Shown here: positions 12,201 through 23,460 of the stretch, piece after piece
How the letters are laid out: each line of letters begins with the position of its first letter
How positions within the stretch are numbered: the stretch's first letter is position 1
Assembly: GCF_004010195.1 (NCBI RefSeq)
Contig: NC_057719.1
Coordinates: 78,666,666-78,730,665 of the forward strand
DNA length: 64,000 nt
Direction: 5' to 3'
Source of the DNA: Chiloscyllium plagiosum
Taxonomy: Eukaryota
Notes under the pieces: generated by a model
Database searches by the model: none
Told to the model about the DNA's origin: nothing
Seen by the model: the letters and a program-made list of their open reading frames with translations, nothing else
Made by a program: the position numbers and the translations under genes

Positions 12201-12790
12201 AAGATTGATTTTTGTTCTCTCAGTTGAGGGATGTGGAGATAGGGCGGGGAAAATGGAGTTGAGGCGAAACATCAAACATATTGAGGAACGGAGCAGATTT
12301 GAAGGGCCAGGTGGTCCACTCCTTACAATCTTAGGTTTGTAAGGTCAGACCAAAGCAGTATTAAGATCTGCAACCTAGCAGTCTGGTGGAACACAGAGAA
12401 TTAGTGAGCATTTGATTCATAAACTGCATAAGTGTGGATGTTCCTTACAATACTTTGCTAATGGTCGGAAGCTTCCCGGATAGGATTCCTCTGTGCTGCA
12501 CTGTATCAATATTGTGATCCTGTGAAGGCCAGCATTCCATTAGCTTTGTTGATTATTTTCTGCATTTTAAAGATCTGTACATCTGGACCCTCATGTCTCT
12601 TTGAATATCCACAGTATTTGACTGCCTACCATCTACAAAGTACCCTGTTTTTGTTTCCCTTTGTGGTTAGTGGATAACCTCACACTTGCTTACATTGAAC
12701 TCCATCCTCCACAGTTTGCCCATTCACTTAGTCTGAAAAATGTGTTGCTGCAAAAGCACAGCAGGTCAGGCAGCATCGAAGGAGCAGGAG

Positions 12791-12826
12791 AATCGACGTT
12801 TCGGGCATGAGCCCTTCTTCAGGATT
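12791..12826 (-). ncRNA. Minimal type I hammerhead ribozyme motif
   Basis: Minus strand AATC-CTGAAGA-A-GGGC-TCAT-GCCC-GAAA-CG-TC-GATT: core intact, helix II GGGC/GCCC, helix I AATC/GATT. Confidence 0.7.
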
Positions 12827-12928
12827 GAGGAGGGTGTGCCAAGCAGGCTAAGATAAAAGGTAGGGAGGAGGGATTGGGGGAGGGGTGTTGGGAATGCGAT
12901 AGGTGGAAGGAGGTTAAGGTGAGGGTGA

Positions 12929-13557
12929 NNNNNNNNNNNNNNNNNNNNNNNNNNNNNNNNNNNNNNNNNNNNNNNNNNNNNNNNNNNNNNNNNNNNNNNN
13001 NNNNNNNNNNNNNNNNNNNNNNNNNNNNNNNNNNNNNNNNNNNNNNNNNNNNNNNNNNNNNNNNNNNNNNNNNNNNNNNNNNNNNNNNNNNNNNNNNNNN
13101 NNNNNNNNNNNNNNNNNNNNNNNNNNNNNNNNNNNNNNNNNNNNNNNNNNNNNNNNNNNNNNNNNNNNNNNNNNNNNNNNNNNNNNNNNNNNNNNNNNNN
13201 NNNNNNNNNNNNNNNNNNNNNNNNNNNNNNNNNNNNNNNNNNNNNNNNNNNNNNNNNNNNNNNNNNNNNNNNNNNNNNNNNNNNNNNNNNNNNNNNNNNN
13301 NNNNNNNNNNNNNNNNNNNNNNNNNNNNNNNNNNNNNNNNNNNNNNNNNNNNNNNNNNNNNNNNNNNNNNNNNNNNNNNNNNNNNNNNNNNNNNNNNNNN
13401 NNNNNNNNNNNNNNNNNNNNNNNNNNNNNNNNNNNNNNNNNNNNNNNNNNNNNNNNNNNNNNNNNNNNNNNNNNNNNNNNNNNNNNNNNNNNNNNNNNNN
13501 NNNNNNNNNNNNNNNNNNNNNNNNNNNNNNNNNNNNNNNNNNNNNNNNNNNNNNNNN
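12929..13557. other. Assembly gap
   Basis: Run of N. Confidence 1.
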
Positions 13558-13620
13558 ACGCCCCTCCCCCAAGTCCCTCTTCCCTACCTTTTATCTTAGC
13601 CTACTTGGCACACCTTCGTC

Positions 13621-13656
13621 ATTCCTGAAGAAGGGCTTATGCCCGAAACGTCGATT
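13621..13656 (+). ncRNA. Minimal type I hammerhead ribozyme motif
   Basis: ATTC-CTGAAGA-A-GGGC-TTAT-GCCC-GAAA-CG-TC-GATT; core intact, one mismatch in helix I. Confidence 0.65.
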
Positions 13657-13819
13657 CTCCTGCTCCTTGGATGCTGCCTGACCTGCTGCACTTTTCCAGC
13701 AACACATTTTTCAGCTCTGATCTCCAGCATCTGCAGTCCTTACTTTCTCCTCATTCACTTAGTCTATCAATATCCCGTTGTAGCCTGAAAACAGATCCTT
13801 GTGGGACATCACTGGTCAC

Positions 13820-14110
13820 GGTACGGTGGCACAGTGGTTAGCACTGCTGCCTCACAGCGCCAGAGACCTGGGTTCAATTCCCAACTCAGGCGATTGACTG
13901 TGTGGAGTTTGCACATTCTCCCAGTGTCTGCTTGGGTTTCCTCCGGTTTCCTCCCACAGTCCAAAAGTGTGCAGGTTAGGTGAATTGGCCATGCTAAATT
14001 GCCCGTAGTGTTAGGTATAGGGGAATGGGTCTGGGTGGGTGCGCTTCGGCGGGTTGGTGTGGACTTGTTGGGCCGAAGGGCCTGTTTCCACACTGTAAGT
14101 AATCTAAAAA
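13820..14110 (+). mobile_element. HE1/V-SINE-type SINE
   Basis: Complete head ggtggcacagtggttagcactgctgcctcacagc, core and tail cactgtaagtaatct. Confidence 0.9.
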
Positions 14111-14111
14111 A

Positions 14112-14950
14112 AACATCCTGACAATTTGGGGACCTTCCTATTAAACCCTACTTTCAGTTGCATGCCATTCAGCCAATTTCCCAACCACGTCAGTGGTTTA
14201 CCCTCAATACCCATAACTGCCAGCCTCTTATGTGAGACTTTATCAAATGTCTTCTGGAAGTCAGTGTTAAAAAAAATCCCATAAACATTCCCACTACCTT
14301 AGTCACCCCCTCTTCAAAAAATTCAAGGTTTGTCAGGCGTTACCTACCTGTCTAGAATCCATGCTGGCTCTCCAATAATGAAACTTTTCAGGATGTTCAG
14401 TTAGCTCATCCTCGATTGTAGAGTTCAACTATTTCCCCACCACAGATGTTCGGCGAACTGATCTGAAATATCCAGGTTATCCTCTTTCTTCTTTCTTAAA
14501 AAGCAGAGGGCCACCAGCAATTTTCCAATGTGGAGTGATGACTCCTGTATCCAAGGAACTCAAGGATTATAGTTACGGCGTTTACAACCCTACTTCCTTT
14601 AACACCTTGATGGAAGCTGTGGTCAAGATTAGAGTGGTACTGGAAAAGCACAGCAGGTCAGACAGCATTCAAGGAGCAGGAAAATCAATGTTTCGGGCAA
14701 AAACCCTTTATCAGGAATGACAGGTTATTTGCCTGAAACATCAATTTTCCTGCTCCTCGGATGCTGCTTGACCTGCTGTGCTTTTCCAGCACCACTTTAA
14801 TATTGACTCTAATCTCCAGCATCTGCAGTAACCACTTCTGCCTTGATGGAAGCTGTCGGGTCCTAGGAATTTGTCACTCTTTAATTCTGTTTATTTCCTC
14901 ATTGCCAATATGTTGCTTGCATTAATTTTATTCAATCCCTCTTTCTGATT
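14112..14950 (-). mobile_element. Old CR1 RT fragment interrupted by a palindromic element
   Basis: Resembles 56640-57620 (ttatcaaatg.cttctgg, aatccatgctgg); also continues 12500-12734. Confidence 0.55.
14621..14840. mobile_element. Palindromic family B element with decayed HHR motifs
   Basis: Arms ~14628-14700 and ~14730-14800 are reverse complements; exact 16-bp TSD ccttgatggaagctgt at 14605-14620 and 14841-14856. Confidence 0.8.
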
Positions 14951-14989
14951 TACTACCATGTGTATTTATATCTGCTGGGATAGGCCTTT

Positions 14990-15995
14990 CCACCTGTTAC
15001 CCTATTAATGGAAAGATGTATTTGTAGAGTGCATTAGGGATTCCTTCTAGGATAGTACAACCTACCCAGAAACAGGCCATTGTTGATCTAGTAATGTGTT
15101 AACAAGGTAGGATTAATAAAATCCTCTCATAGTTAAGGGTCCTGTAGGGATTAGCAATCATAACATGGTAGAATTTCAAATGCAGTCTGAGAAAGAGGAA
15201 TTCAGGTCTCAAACCAGGCTTCTTAACTTAACTAAGGACAATTACAGAGGTATTTAAATATGTAGAGAGTCTCCAAAGTATGAGCAACACCGAGGGATCT
15301 GGACGTTATTGTGCATGAAACACAAAAAAGTTAGCATGCCAGTGCAGCAAGTAATTAAGAAAGCAAATGGAATTTTGATCTTTATTGCAAAGAGGCTGGA
15401 GTTTAAAAACAAGAAAGTCTCATTACAACTGCAGAGGGTATTGGTGAGGCTACGCCTGGAGTACATGTGTAAATGTTCTGGTCCCCATATTTAAGAAAGA
15501 AAATACTGACCCTGGAGGCATTTCAGAAATGATTCACTTAGCTGATTCCTGTGGTGAAGGGTTGGCATTATCAATGTTACTAATAGCTAACATGTTAAGT
15601 CTTAATTCATTAGCATTCAGAAGTACACGGAATGATGTTTTATATATTTAAGTATATATTTAAATAAACAAGATTCTGGAGGCCTTGACAAAGATGGATG
15701 TTAAGATGTTTCCACAAATGGAGAACTGGTGAACCAGAAGGCATAATTACAGAATAAGAGGGCATTCATGGAAAGGAATTTCTTCTCCCAGAGAGTAGGT
15801 AATGTCTGGAATTCTTTCTGCAGAGAGTTGTGGAGGCTAGATCACTGAAAGTATTTAAGGGGGGAGGGTAGATTTTTAAAATATAGAGGAGTTGCAGGCT
15901 GTGAGGAGTTGAGAACGGATTCGCGTTGACCTTATTGTGTGTCAGGATAGACTTGAAGGGCTGAATTTCCTAAAACTACTCTTGTTTCTTGCGTT
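14990..15995 (+). mobile_element. Old CR1 ORF2 fragments (endonuclease piece plus C-terminus/3'UTR)
   Basis: ORF 15309 gives QVIKKANGILIFIAKRLEFKNKKVSLQLQRVLVRLRLEY, the CR1 ORF2 C-terminal motif. Confidence 0.75.
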
Positions 15996-17759
15996 CTCAC
16001 CTTAATCCTGTGTGTCCTCTCTACTAACTAAGTTCACATCCCGACTGCTGGAATTCCTCTTACACTGTACTGCTGAAAAGACCTAATGTGGTACTTTAAG
16101 GGAAGCTTCTTTAAATCAGTAGGGCAGTAGATCTCAATTAGTGTTATTGTTTAAGTTCAGTGTTTGATACAGTACTCGCCGTTGTTCTGCTTTGATCCTG
16201 TGCTAGTATGTCCAAAGCCACTGAAATGCAGTGAACACATAAAAGTACTTAGAGTGTGAATAGTGGTTAAACTAACGTTGTGGCGAGAATGCTGCTTAGC
16301 AGGGTGGGCGTGCTTGCATGAAGCTGAAGCTAACACAGTGGCAACATCTGTTGATTCTGATTACAAGTAATTTTCTGTCAAAGATTCAGATCCTGAAATT
16401 GGCACCCTGTCCAAATGTGCTTTCTCGTGGCATCTGGTGAACATCAAATTGCAATTAAGCATGAAATAGAAGTATGGACTGCAAAAGGTTCAGTCATTTC
16501 CACAGTGTCTGCATTTGTGACATTCCTCCATGTATTGCTGTATCTCATGGGCACACTGGTCTCCAATTCAGCTATTGGATAAAGGTAATTCATGAAGGCA
16601 TTTAGACACTTGTGTGATGAATGTGGATAAAGATCTGTACTCCAATGCTCATTTGAAATCCTGTTGTCTGATGCTCTTCAGTCACCATTATTACAAAGAT
16701 AAAGTGCACATTTACCCAGATAAGATGTGACATTGTTTGTGAAAGTAAACACAGATCCCCGGGGCTTTGATGATGGTGTTGCTGCAAGTTGACATGCAAT
16801 TAAAATTGCAGCTTTTATTATCAGCTGACATTTTTTCCCATTGACATTTTATCAACAATCAACAAGAAAGCCTTTCCTGAGAACCACTCTCAGGGATACT
16901 GGAAGATGTTATACGATGAGTGTCAACGTGCTTATCACTGCCTATTTCAATGGCGGTGCTTTGATTTATAAAAAGCTCCGTCCACAGAGATTATCAGTCC
17001 AGTAGTTAAAGCACTTCCACTTATCCCATGTATATTGGACTGGACAAGGTCCATTTTATATTGGTCTCCTGCATGTACTGAACTAGCTCCATTACCGTTG
17101 CTTCATTGGGCACTGGGCTGGATCACATGATTTTTTTTTGTCAAACATGAGAATAGAAGACCAAATCATTCTGTCAGCATTTCCTGAGTTAACTGTTTAT
17201 GTTAAGGCTCTTTGGGTCCAATTGTAGTGATACGCATGGTTCACTCTTGAATAAAACTATAGCACTGTGATATTGAACTGATGGAATGTATTTGGAATAT
17301 CACCATGGGTCAGTGATAGTTCCAAATGATAGCAGGGACTATGTGTGTCAGTGGATTCAGTAGAAATATGTACTTTCCCCCGGCCTAGCAGGTGGGTTTG
17401 ATTCCTGCTCGGGCCAAAGGGAGACTTCCTTGCCCTGCTGGCTTATGTCATGTTGAAGTGCTGTAACATCCAATCACAAGTCCATCTAGCAGATGTGGTT
17501 AACTGCATAAAAGCTGAAGGGTAATTAGGGAAGGGCAATAAATGTTGGCACTGCCAGCAATGCCCACATCCCCTGAGTGAACTGGGAAAAAAAAACCTTC
17601 TGGCTGAGCGTTAGAGGATCAACAACTTGGTTAATAAATCACTGCTGAAATAGGCGTTTACACAGAATGGTGATTTATTTAAAAAAAAAATTTCTTCAAT
17701 CTTATTGAATCTGAATTATGAACACTCCCTTACTTACACTCTTGCTCCTACGCATAAAA

Positions 17760-18175
17760 ATTGGATTTTTTCTCAATCACATCAAAAAACTTTACAGGCA
17801 ATGAATAACTTTTTTAAGAGAAACCACTGTCGTGACTAATGAGGGAAACAAAACAGTCAATTTGCACACAAAGATCGAACAAGCAGCAGCATGATCATGA
17901 GGTGATAATCTTTTTACGGTGTTGGAGGAATAAATGTTAACCAGGACACACCAGTTCAGAATGGTGCCATCAAATCTTTTACATCCTCGCAGCCAGCAGA
18001 GAGAGAGGGCCTAGCTCGTCATTTCACCGAAGAGCCAACACTCCAATAAAACATCACTTAGTGTTGCACTGAAATATCAGCTTTGATTTTGTTTTCATTG
18101 CTAAAGATGCACAATGGAGCTTGAAACCAGATCATGGCAACTCTGAGGTAAGACTGCTACCAACTAAGCCACATG
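17760..18175 (-). mobile_element. Deu-domain SINE (SacSINE1/AmnSINE-like), diverged
   Basis: Reverse complement of Deu-type blocks (ataaatgttaaccaggacac, atggtgccat..atcttttacatcc) and a tRNA-like head; compare 41293-41730. Confidence 0.55.
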
Positions 18176-18518
18176 CTAGTCACAATGGCCAGAAAAGTCT
18201 TGACATGAGTTCGGGCCATTTGTAAATGGGATCGCTGCAGAGCACAAAAGAATTTTGATTTGAAACTAATATACACTGAAGTTGCCAATCTCTCTGCTGG
18301 AGGGCTGCCGTGAGAAATGATAATCAAACAGCAGGAGAGCTCTCCTCAACCGGGATTTCTGGTCTGAGATTAGACAAGGGAGAACTTCAGACTGTAGCTC
18401 ACCAGCGAAATGTTGATATTGGCACGGTTTAAAAGATTGATGTGCTTCGTCTTGAGAAGCACAAAAATTAACTGGAGAAAAAGTGTGTAATAACCACAGA
18501 TTTGACTTACTTTGGCAG

Positions 18519-18618
18519 ATAGAAAATATCATCACACGGATGCAGGATGACAAAGCTGGTGGAGTGATGATCCGAACAGTGAAGAGCTTCCTGTCAAAGA
18601 TTCCCAGCGTCATCACCG
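18519..18618 (+). CDS. RGS6: Internal coding exon of regulator of G-protein signaling 6 (start of DEP domain)
   Basis: 100-bp exon between tttggcag| and |gtaaga encoding [33 protein letters not shown](G). [14 protein letters not shown] is the RGS6/RGS7 signature; the flanks fit RGS6 as I recall it ([34 protein letters not shown]) better than RGS7. Confidence 0.92.
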
Positions 18619-18984
18619 GTAAGACAATACTTCAATTGACTCGGAAACTCTGGGCCGTATTCCCTTAAAATTAGTACAATTGTCTTAACACAGCAAGCAC
18701 CATTGTTGTTTGTCAGAGATGTGAGTCCTGCTCATACGTCTCATGCTCTACCTCTCTTAGAACGTCCCCCATACATATTTATGAGAACATGCTATAAATT
18801 TGGTATTGTTTGCTTTTTATGGTTAACCACATTCCAGATTTGCTCTACTGTGCATTCTAACAATATCACCTGTCTACCTTTTCCTCATTGATAACTATAC
18901 ACAATTCCATTTTCTAGACCGTCACTATTTCCTCACTAATCAACATTTTGAAGTTGTCACCAATCAGCTCTTTGATGTATATTA

Positions 18985-19190
18985 TTTTGGCAGAGAATTA
19001 TCCTGGTGACCTTGTCAACACTCATTGAAAAAATATCGTCAACCTTGCTCATTTTTAAGGGACTGTGTAATTGGCTGCCATATTTATCCACTTAACAGCA
19101 ATTGCTGCTCATGATTAAATGTGAGATCCATTGGGATACTGTACTTTGGAGGGATGTGACAAAGTGCTATGCAAATGCAGATTTTTGAAC
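18985..19190 (+). mobile_element. Highly diverged Deu-domain SINE 3' half
   Basis: cctggtgaccttgtcaa...aattggctgcc...gtgctatgcaaatgcag resembles 41530-41720. Confidence 0.4.
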
Positions 19191-21723
19191 ATTCACTTGC
19201 ATTGCCACATTTGAAGCCAAGTATGAGTTGTATTATTGGGTCTTGATAACAAAACAAGGAATGAACTCAGAATAAGCAAAAAGCTTTGGGACAAAGAGAG
19301 GTGAGATAAATTGCATTGTTTTGAATCTGAGCATCATCAGATTCTGTTAAGACAATTGCACCAATTTTAAGGGAATGCGGCCCAGAGTTTAGGTTCAGAA
19401 TTGTCCCTATGATAACCACCGGAAATATGGAAATGAGTAACTGGTTGAAATAACGTTTTGCCATTTTTGTCACTGTTGCTGTATCGTTCTTTGCCTGGCT
19501 GTTTATGGGTCTCTGCAGCTCATTAGAGAATGTCACATATCTTCATGTAGGATGAGGTTGTGGGATAAAGTACACATGGAGGAACTTTGAATTAATACAC
19601 CCATGGGAAATGGATAGGCTTGGATCAGGTGCCCTTTTACAACCTACTTGATATCTCTATGGAGAATTGTTGAGTGGATTAGTTTAAAATGAACTGTATA
19701 TGCCTGACCTAAAGCTACACCCTAATGCGTGTACTTTGGTTGATAGTTACTGTTGATGCACCTCTATTCAGACAGACCGTTGCAGTGACTTAACATACTT
19801 GCCTTTTATTTCTGGCTGCTGGATTGATTTCGATGTACATTGACAGATGATTGCAAGGAGTACACTCAAATTGGGCTACCCAACAACAGATGCTGTGTCC
19901 GAAAACCGGACATTTCTGTCATGTCCATTTTCCAATCATAATCAGGTTGCACTGATGCAGAGATGTCGAAAGGCACAGAAGACTATCGGTTCAATGCTTG
20001 AGCAGATTATTAATACCAGCAGTGACGTGACCATTAACAAGAGATTGCTTCACAATCATATCATTTGGTTTTCCTGCATCCCTTATTCACTGGATTTGTT
20101 CTGATTTGAATTGTTGAGTTCCAATTATTTTTACTGAAATCAGCAGGCTCCACAATCCACTGCAGCCTAATCCTAATGATTCGAGAGGCTGTGCTGATAT
20201 GTGAAATAAAATTAGAATGTCTCAACTCATCTACCTGTAGGCACACGGCCAAACAGCCAAAATTAATCACAAATTTCACTCAGAGAACTCACAAAGGTAG
20301 CTGTTTTGAGAAGCTCACACTGGTGCAGCTGGGAGCTACTGAGAGTGTTTGTTGCTGACACTGAATGAATTTCCAATGCTGTACTGACATCTACCACCTG
20401 AGTGAACACAAAATGCAGCAGCAAGTAGAAATGGAAGTTGCTCGAAGACATGCTTTTGATTGTGTATTGAAGCCGTCACATGGGAAATAACAGAAAAATC
20501 AGATCTCCACTGTCATTTTAACAAAAGAATACCTTCAGACAATTCTCCTTTTTTTTTTGACACAAAAATGTGTGAGGCTGCAGGACTGTTTGCTTATTGA
20601 TCTGCTGAAGCCATAAATATGTTTCAAGGTGATTTATTCATAGTGTCATGAGCATCAATAGTATGAGACCAGCGTTGCCACTTGGAAGCTAACTAAACCA
20701 AGCTCACTTGCTTTATCATCAGTGTGTTTGCAAAACAAACTCTCCTTGCAAAAAGTACGTATCAGATCTCATTTCTAAGTAATAAATACAGCGATGGACA
20801 ATGAGTGCCGCAATACAGCAGTACAAGAGGTGGCCTCCCAATCACTGGCTTTAAGTGAAAGAGAATGAAAAGTGTGAGATAGAAATAGGTATCTTATACC
20901 AATCACTTAAACCCCAAAGCTTTTTGCTTATTCTGAGTTCATTCCTTGTTTTGTTATCAAGATAATACAAATAAATTATTCTATAGGTTGCTACATCTTG
21001 GAGAAATTAAAAAGCTGTGTGCTGTGGAAAGTTGTGAAGTTCTTGATTTCAAATAATTGCAATAGGTGCAGCTTTGAGATGTTATCTGCTTATGTGATGG
21101 ATACTTGAATGTAGAAATATCATTTTCACACTGAGGTAGTAGATTATTCATTGCTTTGTGTGTTTTAAATTTAGCAGGAGGATTAAAAGCCTACTGTGAA
21201 CTTTTTTGGCTTAGTGCCATACAAGTACTCCCCAGAATGGAGCTGAATAATGTACACTGGGGGTGGCGCAAGGTTAATCCTGACTGTTCTGAGTCATTTG
21301 GCCTAAATCTGGATGACAGCAGCAATGCCATAATTGACTATTCTAATTGCTTTTCTAAGTAAGCACTGGTTTCTCCTGATAATCACTATTATTTAGCTCC
21401 TACTGCCAAGTGTAACAACAGGTAGGCTGCTTTTTTATTTTCACATTTGAGGGGCCCACTAGTATTCATTATTAAGTCTGATTCTGATTCATTGACACTA
21501 ATTGCTTGGGCTCACTGTATCTATGGATCCATACCAGTGAATGTCAAGGATTTTAAGAAGGAGGTTACTGTAAAAAGACTTTTTTTCTAAAATAGTCTGT
21601 GAGGAAGGCAAGCTTCTTACTGAGATATATGACTTTTATTAGCAATTGGAACTCTTACCAGGTTTAATACTGGAAGCAATCTCCCACACTGATTTCTTTC
21701 TGTTGTACAAATGAACAGCATGA

Positions 21724-22021
21724 GCAGCATGGTGGCACAGTGGTTAACACTGCTGCCTCACAGCGCCAGAGACCCAAGTTCAATTCCCGCCTCAGACGAC
21801 TGTCTGTGTAGAGTTTGCACATTCTCCCAGTGTCTGTGTGGGTTTCCTCCGGGTGCTCCGGTTTCCTCCCACAGTCCAAAAATGTGCAGGTTAGGTGAAT
21901 TGGCCATACTAAATTGCCCGTAGTGTTAGGTGAAGGGGTAAATGTAGGGGAATGGGTCTGGGTGGATTGCGCTTGTTGGGCCGAAGGGCCTGTTTCCACA
22001 CTGTAAGTAATCTAATCTAAA
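21724..22021 (+). mobile_element. HE1/V-SINE-type SINE
   Basis: Full head, core and (aatct)n tail. Confidence 0.9.
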
Positions 22022-22347
22022 ATAACTCTGCATGGGCAACGTACTTGCGACCAAACTTTTTGTGTACATATTGTGGGCATTTTCCATTTGTTCTCAGGAC
22101 AGACATGGCACTGACTATGCTATGTTTCTTACCTGTTGTAATGATTTCTAGGCCAATTTGGGAAATATTAAAAGTCTGCCGTGATGTGTAGGGCTAGAGT
22201 CACATGTAGGTCAGAGCAGCAAGTTTGCTTCCCTGAAGGATTTTAGTGAAGAAATTTAATATTTTCAGCTACCTATAAATTTTCATTGTGCTAGCCCACA
22301 CACACAATCAAGTTATTGAATCTTGTTTTACAACATGCTGGTTATAG

Positions 22348-23088
22348 TTAGAGTCATAGAGATGTACAGCCTTCAGTCCAACTTGTCCATATCAACCCGA
22401 TATCCTAACCCAATCCAGTCCCATTTGCCAGCATTTGGCCCATATTCCTCTAAACCCTTCCTATTCATATACCCATCTAGATGCCTTTTAAATGCTGTAA
22501 TTGTACCAGCTTCCACTTCTTCCTCTGTCAGCTCATTCAATACACACACCACCCTCTGCATAAAAAAAGTTGCCCCTTGGGTCCCTTTTATATCTTTCCC
22601 CTCTCACCCGAAAATCTATGCCCTCTAGTTCTGGATTCCCCCACCCCAGGGAAAAGACATTGTCTATTTACCCTCTCCATGCCCCTCATGATTTTATAAA
22701 CCTCTATAAGGTCACCACTCAGCCTCCGATGTTCCAGGGAAAACAGCCCTAGCCTGTTCAGCCTCTCAACATCCTTTGCAACATCCTTGTAAATCTTTTC
22801 TGAACGCTTTCAAGTTTCACAACATCCTTCTGATAGGAAGGAGACCAGAATTGCACAGTATTTCAAAAGTGGCCTGACCAATGTCCCATTCAGCTGCAAC
22901 ATGACCTCCCAAATCCTGTACTCAATGCTCTGACCAATAAAGGAAAGCAGACCAAATGCCTTCTTCACTACCCTATCTACCTGCGCCTTTACTTTCAAGG
23001 AGCTATGAACCTGCACTCCAATGTCTCTTTGTTCAGCAACACTCCCCAGGACCTTACCATTAAATGTATAAGTCCTGCTCTGATTTGA
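22348..23088 (-). mobile_element. CR1 LINE 3' fragment
   Basis: Minus ORF QVHSSLKVKAQVDRVVKKAFGLLSFIG..LVRPLLKY; tail is the reverse complement of ctatgactct. Confidence 0.9.
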
Positions 23089-23094
23089 CCTAGC

Positions 23095-23460
23095 TTTTCA
23101 GGAAGAAAGATGTCCATTTATAAAGCACAGCAACAATATGCCCACAACAATCTCCCAGAGGTAGCACTGTGATAATAACTAAATTATCTGCTATGATGTT
23201 GATCAAGAGATAAATATTGGACAGGACACTGAGGATGGCCACCCACCCTTCTTCAAAAGTACACTGCAGAATTGTATCCACCCTCCCAAACAGGCAGCTT
23301 CAGTTTAATATCTTAACTGAAAACTCGCATCCTTGACAATGCAGCTCTTCATCAGTAATACCAACTAGTGTCAGACGTCGTTCTTACTTAAACCCTGGCA
23401 TCAGAATTGTACCCAGATGCTTATGATTCTGAGACAAATGTACAAGCAGCTGATAATTCG
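23095..23460 (-). mobile_element. Deu-domain SINE, diverged
   Basis: gataaatattggacaggacac...cttcttcaaaagtac is the reverse complement of Deu-type blocks. Confidence 0.55.

Larger units (their letters stand above)
12735..13751. mobile_element. Penelope-like element (family B) with inverted terminal repeats spanning an assembly gap
   Basis: Left arm is the reverse complement of 13558-13711 over the shared part; one HHR motif per arm; exact 14-bp TSD cattcacttagtct at 12721-12734 and 13752-13765. Confidence 0.8.

Noticed and set aside
12766..13599. Long ORFs of 268 and 241 aa
   Set aside because: Artefacts of translating through the N gap.
13820..13890. tRNA genes at SINE heads (also 5191, 21724, 35846, 41293, 51043)
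   Set aside because: A/B boxes run straight into SINE bodies; I see no complete cloverleaf.
18483..18668. 61-aa ORF as a standalone gene
   Set aside because: Only 18519-18618 matches RGS6 and it is bounded by canonical splice sites; the flanks are intronic.
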